From Vicugna vicugna (Eukaryota), in the NCBI GenBank assembly GCA_013265495.1, contig MU058636.1:9626176-9690175 (forward strand): a stretch of 64,000 nt of DNA, in the 5' to 3' direction. Positions 50,568 to 61,290 of this stretch are shown here, in pieces. The notes beneath the pieces were generated by a model. That model searched no databases. It was not told the DNA's origin and saw nothing but the letters and a program-made list of their open reading frames with translations. Each line of letters opens with the position of its first letter. Position 1 is the first letter of the stretch. Made by a program: the position numbers and the translations under genes.

Positions 50568-52009
50568 GTAAGTACATAATAAAGCATTTCAATATAGGTT
50601 TCCTTATGGAACATTATTCTTATTTTCTCCCAGTGATAACTTTACCTCTTGATACGCTGTGTTCACATTGGGTCCAGGCATAGTGATTGCACACGTATTC
50701 CTTTAACTAAGACATACGTTTGTAGTAATATTCCACCATACCCTAAGGGGTTCATCGTTCCTGTTTAGGTTTTCTTCAGTTTCAGAGTTTTCCTCCTAAC
50801 CTGATGGAGAACCAGCAATGATAGACATGAAGCAGTTAGGCTATATAGCATTACAGACTTCCAGCTGTCAGTCATCCTTGGCTTGTAGTTCTTGACTTCT
50901 TCCTGAGATGATAACTGAAACTGGATTCCAGTCTTAAAATAATATGCTACTCTTGAGTGTCATCCTCACCGAACCTCCACGTTATTACCTTCTTTTCAAG
51001 TAACGAGCTGGCTTGCACATCCCTTTCTGCATGAGCGCCACCCTGTAGCGTGTTTCCACATCTGAAGTATATACTGCACATGTGTGTATATGGCTGTCAG
51101 TTGGGTGACATTTAGCCCTCATCAGAATGATCCCCTTTGGAAGCTTTATAACTATACCACTGCTTGTAGTAATAACAGCAACGATGAGTAATGACACCAA
51201 GCATTAACATATGTTGAGTATGACAAGCATTTTTTGTGTATTGACTCTTTAATCCCCCGACAGCCCCTATCAACCCAGCACTTGTGCTCTTACCTGCCGT
51301 ACCTACTGCCTGTCCTAAGTGTTTCAGTTCTCACTGCCACAGTGGTTTGACTTTAAAAAATAGTTCTCTTGGGTGAATTTTTTGATGCCAGGGCTTTCCT
51401 AGCTATCATCTGACAGAGCTAAATTTAACTGAAAATAAAGGAATAGGCCCACAAGATACCTTACAAATGCCAAGAATGCAGAGCTGACAGAATTGATATT
51501 AGACAAGGTAGATTTTAAAAACACTAAATATCATAACTAAACATATGATAAAAGACAGTATGCATAGAAGTAATAGTCATTACTTCTGTATGTCAAACAT
51601 GACAGTAAAAACTGTAGAAATGCAAAGATTTAATTTCAAAAATGAAAATGAATAAATTTTCAATTTGTTAAAAAAAAAAGTTAAGTTTCTTAGAAAGTTA
51701 AATATACACTCACCATACTACCCAGTAATTCCACTTCATGGTATTTACCCCCCACCCCCAAAAAATCAGGACATCATTCTGCACAAGGATCCGTAACCTT
51801 AGTTAGTACTCAATAAATGTGTGTTTCCTCCCTGTTTTTCCTTCCCCAATGACGCATATCCAGTTCACAGTATAAACCCACAAAATGTATTTAAACCCCA
51901 TTGCAGATTTACGTAAGCCTGGTCTTTAAAAAACAATTGAGTTGAATACCTTAAGTCTCTCTAAAGGAACAAAATCTTGATTGAGTTTTATGTGTGATCC
52001 ATTGTTTTG

Positions 52010-53005
52010 TATATAACTGTCTGGTACACCACCTTGGAAGCTTCCAAGGCACATCGGTTCACCATGTCCCAGAAGGAACTCTTCTAACTCTTCTCCACCA
52101 CCCCCTACCCCAGGTCCTTTTCCAAGTGTTTTTAACTCAGAAGGTGTAACCTATCCACTTATTACTGCAACAGTTATCAACCAAGGATCTTCTGTTATCT
52201 AGGCACCATGCGAAGAACTGGAGTGAAAGTAGACATGATCTAGTAAGGGATGCAGTTATCACACGACTAAATAAATGGATAAAGAATTCAGTTATGAACT
52301 GTGGTAATACTGTGGATTAAATTACATAGATCCAAAATCTGGGAGCCAGCCCTTTCATCCTGTCACTAACCAAATCTTGATGGTTTTGCTCGTCAGTGCT
52401 CTCAAGATATCTCCTCTTCTCTCCACCCGCTTCCCTTGTCGTCTAAGATGCTGCAAAGTGCTACCTCTGCGGTGACCTTGCATCTGCTACTGCAACCTTC
52501 CCTTCCATTCTTGCTGCAGCCAGATTTAGCTTCTTAAAATTTAAATCAGATTATTTCTCTCCTTCAGTGGTTTCCTAATGCTTTTACAATAAGAATTAAA
52601 CTCTTAGAAGAGCCCACAAGTCCTACATGAACTGATCTCTAGTAGCCACTCTCATTCTCACCTAGGCCTTCATCCGTGTCCCCAACACACACACACTCAA
52701 CCTAATGCCTATTCATCTTTGAGATCTCATTGCATTGTCCTTCCTCAGAAATGCTTTGGCAAACACCCAGATTAGGCTTGGACTCCTGACTTATGCTTTT
52801 ATAGTACCTTGTTTTTCCTTCATAGCGTTTAACAGTTTGTTATTATGTATTTATTTACATTATTGTACCTCTCTCACTGGACCATAAGCTCTCTGAAGCT
52901 AGGGATGGTCCTCTTTTGCTCGCCATTATATTCATGTTACCTTACATGGTACCTTACCAGTAACAGGCTCTCGATAAGTATTAGTTGAATGAATAGATGA
53001 TGAAT
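52010..53005 (+). mobile_element. L2 LINE fragments including 3' terminus
   Basis: ctgcagccag...aaatcagatta...cttcagtggtttcc...ccataagctctctgaagctaggga...ttagttgaatgaat. Confidence 0.7.
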
Positions 53006-53341
53006 AATTAACAAATATATTGGATTTAAGAAAGTAAGGTAGACTTGAGATCTCATGACTTTACTTTCAGTATTATGACTCAGAAGTTTTGATGAGGGAC
53101 ATTGAGATGAATGGCTTGGATTCGGAATCTTAAAAGTCGGTATTGCTGATACTGACTACATTAAAGAGTTGACAGTGAATTTTAGATAGAAGGTGTGAGA
53201 ACTAACTCATTTTGATCACAAAGAACTCGTTATTTGGAATGTGGGAGTTTTCCTCCGATTTGCTCCTTGAAAGAGCTGATTATCTGGACTGTCTGTTAAC
53301 GGTTGTATGCACTTTGCGTTTTGCATCTCTGTTTCATTTAG

Positions 53342-53421
53342 GTTCAGTTTGATCGCTATCTGTCAGCCCCAGACAACCTGTTAATGCCACAGATGAACTT
53401 TCTCCTAAGTGCCACAGTGAA
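53342..53421 (+). CDS. COG6: COG6 exon 18 (80 nt); gene continues beyond the window
   Basis: tttag|GTT ... GTG AA|gtaagt. Encodes VQFDRYLSAPDNLLMPQMNFLLSATV(K), with no stop codon. Confidence 0.97.
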
Positions 53422-54616
53422 GTAAGTATTTTTTGGTCCCAGTTAGTTGGTAAAGAGTCACGTTTTTAATACCAAGCACATTTCTTAGAAAAAAATTATT
53501 TTCAAGAATAGGAGATGTGCCACTGAAGATCTGTAGTTCTTAACCTTATTCTCTGCACCCCTAAGAGATCTGAAGTTATCCTGTTCATACTTATTCTTTA
53601 CATGTATGTAGCTCCAAAATGTCTATTTTTAGTGAATGATTTTTAAAAATAATATGAATTGTATAATTGGATCATAGTTATAATACCAAACTAACACATG
53701 TTAAAATGGCATTGAGTATGTCATGAAAGATCAATATATTCATTGTGTAACATAGGTGACCTACTGTATAGACTATTTTGGACCTAAGCAGTTTCTGTAG
53801 ATATATTATAAAATTGTTCAGTATCACGTATTTATCAGGAATGTGTTCGAGACAAAGAACTGCACATTAAAATATTAGAATATTACAAATTAGAAGAAAG
53901 TAAGAGATTATACTGTGTGATTTGTTAAGAAAAATATTGACAAAATTGTTCACAAGTAGGAAATTAGAAATCTGTACATTTTTTCCACTAGTATGTCGAG
54001 TGCTTTCTGTGTATCAGGCACTAGGGAATAAGATTTAAAGACATTTTGACTGTCTTCATGGAATTATAATGACATGTCAATTACACACATAAACAAACAT
54101 TTATATTAAAAAGCATGATAAAGAACTGTCAAACTTGGAAAAAATGCTCCAGTTGTCTGAAAGGATGTATTGGCACAGAGGTGGTCTGCTTATTTTCTGT
54201 TGTTCTGGAGAGCAGTACATAGAGCAGGGAGGTGGCTTTTGGCTCAGCATGAGAAAGAATTTTTATATTAATTAGAATTGACTGGAAATGGGATGGGCCA
54301 TTTTTGGAGTTAGGAAATTCCCATATTAAGTGTGGCCAGCATAAATCATTTTAATTTTTCTTTGGCTTTTATATTTTATTGTCTTAAAAGATAATCATAC
54401 TATCAGTATAACCAGAAATATAAAGATCTGAGAGATTATAGAACAAATTTTATTATGCTGTGATGCAAATTGTGTGTTTTCCAAATTATTTAATTTTTTA
54501 ACTAAATACCTGGAGTTCTTTTATATTTAACCACATGTTTCAGTAATTAATATTTAAATGTTGAGTTGTTTGGAGCATCATGAAATATAAAACATACCAT
54601 TATTCTTTTCATAATA

Positions 54617-54933
54617 CACTCAGCCCTCCATATCTGCAGGTTCCATGTCCATGTATTCAGCCAACTGCATATTAAAAATATTTGCCAAAAAAAATTCTGG
54701 AAAGTTCTAAAAAGCAGAATGTAAATTTGCTGCACATGGACAACTATTTGCATAGCATTTACATTGTATCAGGTATTATAATTAATCTAGAGATGATTTA
54801 AAGTATATGGGAGAGTGTGCGAAGCTTATATGCAAATACTATGCCATTTTATATAAGGGATTTGAGCATCTTCGGATTTTGATATCTGAGGGGATCCTGG
54901 AACCTACCCCCCTCGGATACTAGGGTCTGACTG
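54617..54933 (-). mobile_element. MER2-type (Tigger family) MITE with TA target duplication
   Basis: ta|cactcagccctccatatc ... ggatactagggtctgactg|ta. Internal ctagagatgatttaaagtata and gggatttgagcatc. Imperfect terminal inverted repeats. Confidence 0.88.
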
Positions 54934-54959
54934 TATAATGATTGAGGGGAAATTTTAAT

Positions 54960-55450
54960 GTATTTAAAGGATGACATATGGTCCAGATGCCATAAAGGAA
55001 AAAATGGACAGATTATATAACACTTTAAAGTTTTTACAGAAAAAGCCAATATAAACAAAGTTAAAATATAACAATAATGTGAAAAATATTTGCAAATTAT
55101 GTAACAGACCAATTATCCTTAATATATTATCCTTAATAGAGAATGAGATCCCACAAATCAGTACCAAATATGCACTATTTGGACAGCTGACAGAAGAAAT
55201 GTAAGTGGCAAATAAATCTATGAGAAGATGATAATTATCAAAACATGCAAATTAAAACATCAGTGAGAATTTCTGCCTATCAGATGACTGAAAAAAATTT
55301 GTTGTCATATTCTAATTGAATGCTCTGAGAAAATGGGCATTTTTATATACTCTGCTGGTGAGAGTATAAATCAGTACATTCCTTTTAGAGGGCAGTTTGG
55401 AGATATTTATTTATAAGTACATGTCCTTGGGCTCAGGGATAACCTCTTAA
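54960..55450 (+). mobile_element. Old L1 ORF2 C-terminal fragment
   Basis: gccataaaggaaaaaatggacaga...aaaatatttgcaaatta...atgcaaattaaaaca...ctgctggtgagagtataaat. Confidence 0.7.
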
Positions 55451-57029
55451 TAGATTTTTTTTTCCTTTCTTAATCTTAGTGACAATTTAAAAATAAAGTT
55501 AACTGAATTATATGGATTTGTCTGAATTCATAATCTCTGAGGACTTACCAGGTTTTCTAAAGATTAAATAACATTTCAAATGTTTGTGTTCTGTTACTGA
55601 AAACATATTTCAACTTTCCACTTACTTTTATTCCATTGTTTAACAGTGATAATTTAATTTTGTTATTTTATTAATAAAGTCAAATGAGTATAGTTTTTGG
55701 TACATTACTTAAGAAAATAAACTTTTAATTTAGTGTTTTGGTTTTATAGTATGTACCTGTCATCCTGTTATAAATTCATACTAATTATAATGGCATTTAA
55801 AAATTGAGATATGCATATGGTTTATGTAAAAAATAAAAGTACAACTAAGAATTAGAAATTGTTCAGTACCTATTTACCTCTTTTTTAATTCGGCCAATTT
55901 CTAAAATGTTTTTTTGCAAAGTATTCTAAAATTAAATGTAACCTATGAATATATTTTCAGAGTTTTTTTTAGAAGAAAAGAAATTATGGTATCAATTTGG
56001 CTACTTACTTTAAAAATCAAGTTGCTATGAAAATGTAAAGCATTTTACACATTTAAGATTCAACATTAAAGCAGATTTTCTAACTCTACTTTTTCTCCCT
56101 TTTCTTGATTGATGACAGGTTCTTACTCTCAGAAATAATTTGTGTTCTTATTTCTGCTACTGTATAGGCATAGTGTATATTTGCTTTTATTTATAAAGCA
56201 TTTGACATAATAGATAACTTTCATTTAGTTAAATTTTGAACCTTTTCAAAATGGTAATTCATTTTTAAGCAAAAATAATTTCTTATCTTTATGTTCTCAG
56301 TTTCTTTCTATTCACATTGTATTTAAAATGTCGATTGTTTCTTTGAAATAGAGCTTTGAAATGTAAAACTTTCTTTTATTCATACCTCATTTTGTTTTGT
56401 TTGCCTGAACTGTTTGTCTCTGTGGTTGCAGTACCTCTGGGACACCTATCATTCTTGTCTCCTTTTTTCTTCCTGATAGTTTGACTGCCTTTCAGAGGAG
56501 ACTTTGATTAAGCACCTCAGCCTTGGAATAAATTATTGAAGAAGTTTAAGTAGCCAGGAAGCAAGGTTATATAGAAAATGAAGAAAGGAATAGAATATGA
56601 AAATAGTTTTAAATAATACTTGCTTCCTTCCTTTTGATGAATTAGAAGGACTTTGTTCTTTTTTCAATCCCAAAGTCCAGTTTTCACCTTTAAATGATAT
56701 AAAAATAGAGGTTGGACTACAGAAACCACAATTATGCATATTTATAAAGAACTCTCAATGTCTTTTTATTGAATCAGAATTATTTCTGTGAGTAAGAAAT
56801 AAAAGGACTATAGATGCTTCCTAAAGTGAGCATGTAGGAAAGTGGATATGCTTTGAGAATTCTTTATTCAGGAATCTTTCTCCATTATATATACTAGAAA
56901 TAGAGCAGATATCTTTAAAGAGAACTACTTAATTTTCTTCTCTTTTATTTAACTGCCTTCTTTTAAGCCACCTGTCTTTAACTCTCAGGAATACATGTAT
57001 AAACAAAAATAAAGCCAATTTGGGAGTGG

Positions 57030-59200
57030 TGGCAGGGTGAGACTACCAGAGAAATAGCAATTACTGGAAGCCTGTGAGCTGAAAAATAACTGGAGCTCAC
57101 ACAGTGCTTTAGAGACCTTGATCAGTCCAAGCCTTAAAAGTGTGCTTATTCTGTCCTACAGTAAAGGCTACTTTAGACTCACACTAATAAAGCTTAAAAA
57201 CAAACTTCTGCAAGATCACATGGATCTGTACTAAATTACCTGCCTTCCAGAATGAAGCTTAGCACTTGTAAGTATCACGACAAATACAATCAACAGTGTA
57301 CTATAGCATTTATAATGCTGAGCATGCAAATAAATAATAAATAGGTGAAGCAGTAGGAAAATAGGAACCACAACTAGAGAAAAAAATCTGTCGATAGAAA
57401 CAGACTTAAACAAACGACAGAGTTTACAGAATTAGCAAATATGGTCTTTAAAACAGCTATTTAAAATGTGTTTAAGGACTTAAAGGAAAACATTATATTG
57501 AGAGAAAATATTAGAAATTTTTCAAAAGGAGAAGTCTAGACCTGAGAAGTACAGTGTCTGAAATGCAAAACTCACTGGATGGACTTAACTGCCAGTGGGA
57601 CATTCTAGAGGGAGAGAGATCAGTCAACTTGAAGAGAGGACAACAGAAACTTTCCAAAGTGAAGCACATGTAGGAAAAAATTGAAAGCTGGAGAAAAGGT
57701 GACAAGAGTCTAGATGAATTGTCAGATACTGTTAAGCATTCTAATATAGGTATAACTGGAGTGTCACAGTGAGATTGAGGCATAAAAAATTTGGAGATGT
57801 AAAATATTTTTTTTTCAAATGTGTGTGGAAAACATGAACCCAGAGACCCCAAAAGCTAAATAAACCACTACAAGAAAAACCATACCAAGGTACACCATAA
57901 ATCAAATTATTGAAAACCAATGATATAGAGAAAAAATCTTAAGGAGCCAGAGGAAAAAAAGACGTATTATTTGTGAGGAACAATGATAAGTATACTTCTG
58001 ACTTCCTGTTAGAAACAGTTCAAGCCAGAAGACAATAGAATAGCATCTTTAAAAGGCTGACCGATAAAACAGTTTCAACTTTGTGTATTCATCTAAAGTA
58101 TCTTTCAAATTGAAAGTGAAATAAATACATTTTGAGATAAGATAAACAAAAGTAGAGAGGATTTATTACTTCTATACTGCACTGCAGGAAATGATAAAGG
58201 AAATTCTTCAGGCTGAAGGAAAATGATACCAGAATAGAACCATCTGCAGAGAGAAATGACAAGCACAGGAAATGCTAAATATAAAAGATAGTTTTGATAG
58301 TTTAAAACAAAAATACGAACAGTGAATTGTGACATTCTTAACAAAGAGAAAGTTTATGACTATGAAGGCACAAAACATGGAGTGGGAGTGAAGTATAGTG
58401 TTGTGATGTTGTAAGGTTACCCATGAAATATATAATATTGTTTGAAGGTAGATTGTAAACCTTACAGCAGGCACTAAAACAAATAAAAAGTATCTAATAT
58501 GCCAATGGATAAGATAAAATAGAACGTTAAAAAAAATCAAAAGAAGGCAGAAAAGGAGAAAAAAAGAACAGATGAGACACATACAAAACGAGTTACAGGG
58601 TGACAGAGTTAAATTCAGCCTTACAAGTACCACCTATATTACATGTGAAAGGACTACACACTCCAGTTAAAAGGCAGAGCTTGTTGGATTGGATGAAAAA
58701 GCGTGTCCAACTGTCTGCTGTCTATAAGAAATCCATTTTAAGTATAAGGACACAGAGAGTTTTAAAAGATGGTAAAAGATATACCATGCAAATAAAAATC
58801 ATAACAAAGTGGAAGTAGCTATATTCTGATGTTGATAGCAGAAAAATAGACAAATGGACAGAGAATAATACCAGATAAAGAGGGACATTTCACAATAATA
58901 ATAGAATCAATTCACAAAGAAGATATAGTAGTAAATATGGGCCTCTAGTACCAGAGCTTCAAAAAACATGAAATACAAGCTCATAGAATTGAGAAATAGG
59001 TAAATTCACATTTATTTTGATATTTCAACCCCTGTCTCTCAGTAATTGCTAGAAAAAGCCGGCAGGAAACTAGTTTGGTGTAAAAGAACTGAACAGTGCC
59101 ACCAATCAGCTCAACCCAACAGAAAGGATATATCACACACAACTACAGAAAATAGCACTCTTTTTAAATGCATATGAAACATTTACCAAGCTATGTACAA
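57030..59200 (+). mobile_element. Old L1 5' portion: 5' region, decayed ORF1, inter-ORF and ORF2 endonuclease N-terminus
   Basis: A-rich strand with ORF1-like sequence at 57380-58260. ORF 58600-58818 (LHVKGLHTPVKRQSLLDWMKK) resembles the L1 endonuclease motif LNVNGLNSPIKR..L..WIKK. Confidence 0.85.
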
Positions 59201-59229
59201 ATGAAAAAAAAAATAAGAAAGCCACTAGT

Positions 59230-59705
59230 GAGTATCCCCATCTGTGAACATGGTATGCTTGTTTATTTAGAGCTGCTTTTAGAATTTTCAATAAAGATTT
59301 ATAGTTTCTTAATACAATTTTCCATGTATATTATTGGGTTCATTTCTAGGAAACAATTCTTGTAGCTAGTGTGATAATTTATTTTCCATTACATGTTCTA
59401 CTTAGATGTTGCTGGTATATAGGGAAAATACTAAATTTTATATGTTAATTTTGAATCTAGCCAGGTAACTAAACTCTTAGTCCTATATGTCAGTTGTTTA
59501 CCTTGATTTTTTTTGTTTTTGGTACAGATACCTAAAATTAATGAATTTCATTAATTCTTTTTATCATTTATGACTCAACTTATTCTGTTGGCTAGGCACT
59601 CCAAAGTGAATAGTAGATATGATAGCATGCATATCTTATTATTAACTTTAATGACAGTGTTTCTGATGTTTTATCATTGAGTGTGATATTTGCTGTAGAT
59701 TTCCA
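59230..59705 (-). mobile_element. Old L1 ORF2 fragment, antisense
   Basis: cccatctgtgaacatggtatg...ttgctggtatatagg...ggctaggcactcca...tgatatttgctgtag. Confidence 0.7.
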
Positions 59706-60019
59706 ATGTTCCAACATGGTCACATGGTATTCTTCTTTAGCTAGGTATGTAATGTAGTCATCTGTAAATTAAGCATAACTCCACTCAAAATTGCGATGGG
59801 ACCATTTTATTAAATACGTATCTAGAAAAAAATACGAGAGGAGACTCTGGTGACTTTTGACCATCTCTGCAGTTACCACTCTGGTCCAGCGTAGTATCAT
59901 CTGTGCCTGGGTTTTCACATTAGCCTTGAAACTGTTGTTTTCGCCTTTGCCCTCTCCACCACCCCAGTACTACCCTCTACAATCTAATCTTAGCATTTCA
60001 GCTGGAGTGATCCTTGAGT

Positions 60020-60195
60020 GAATTGCTTCACTTAATCCTCTCAATAAATCTGTAAATTAGAATCTCCATTTTACAGAAGAGGACATTTTTTGGAAAGGTT
60101 AAATAATTGAAACAAGGTCAGACAATTTAGCAAGAAGCAGAGCCAAGGTTAGAATCCAGTATTTCTGATTCTGTAACCTGTTCTCTTTAACATTA
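60020..60195 (-). mobile_element. MIR SINE
   Basis: cttaatcctctcaataa...ctccattttacagaagagga...aggttaaataatt...caaggtcagacaa...gcagagccaagg. Confidence 0.8.
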
Positions 60196-61109
60196 GCCTG
60201 TGCTGTATTTTTATTAACTCTTTCTGTATTAGGATTGTCTTACTATGTTTAGAGGAAGCTCAGAAATGTTAGATATATGTGGTAGATGAGACTCCTGTGA
60301 GATGTGTGACTTGGTCTCATCTAAAATGTGCTTTAATTTTACTGTGAATCACATCTTTCATCCCATTATGACATCTTTGGTGTTTATATTGTGATAAAGA
60401 AGAATCAAAATGTACATTTTAAAACCAATCTTTTATTCATAAGTGTATTATCTTTTTTCCTTAGTTTCTCAGGCTTAAACCTTTTATCCTATGGTGTGTT
60501 TGATTGCACTTTTAACTGTGGTGCTGTAATAAGCTCAATTTTAGTGATCACAGAACCTGACTGTTGAAATACGTTATTTTTAGAAGTGCTGGGTTTATGA
60601 TAATAATGAAAGTTGTATCATGTTGTTATGGCAACCAAAATCCTAAAGTACTGATTAATGACAAGCTCACTGATTCTGGAAGTAAGCAGTTCATTTCTTA
60701 TCACAGCCAAGTACTTTAAATAATTATTTCAAATACACTTATTTTCATTGAACATACTTTAAAATGAGAATGATATCTCCATTTAGCTATACTTTAATCT
60801 TTATTAGTATTTTTGAGATTTATAATACTGGATTTTTATGGCATTATGACACTTATAATTGGACAATTAAATTTCTTAATGCATAGTATTGCCATCCATA
60901 AGTAACTAAAATATGTTGCCTTTCTGTAAAACTATGTAACAAGCTCATCTTCTCCATTTCTTCTTTTTTTGGTTGCACATTAGCTATATGATTATCTTTG
61001 ATATGTGGTGTACTGCTATATTCACACATCTATGTGTGTGTGTACGTATGTGTATAAATAGGCACATGGAGATTTTTTTAAACAGTTCATTAAAATGCTC
61101 TTAACTCAA

Positions 61110-61290
61110 TGAAGTGATATAATTTAAAAGCTGAAAGTGTCTTATAAAGATTGTCGAGTTCAATATTTTGTTTTACCATCGTGAAATTAGTCCTGGAAAG
61201 GTTAAATTACGTGTTCAAGGCAGCAGTAAGTAGCAGAACTTAACTGGAGTCAAGATCTTCTGACAGTATTGTCCTTCACGATACCATTGT
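61110..61290 (-). mobile_element. MIR SINE (diverged)
   Basis: gtgaaattagtcctggaaaggttaaattacgtgttcaagg...gtaagtagcagaac...tcttctgac. Confidence 0.55.

Noticed and set aside
50312..50614. Poly-Lys / poly-Phe ORFs
   Set aside because: These are translations of the 35-T homopolymer. Only the LANLPNLDSVALKAAM part is real exon.
56898..56930. Possible COG6 last exon start (A GAG CAG ATA, 'EQI')
   Set aside because: Similarity ends after three codons (EQISLK...), and there is no polypyrimidine tract or correctly phased AG.
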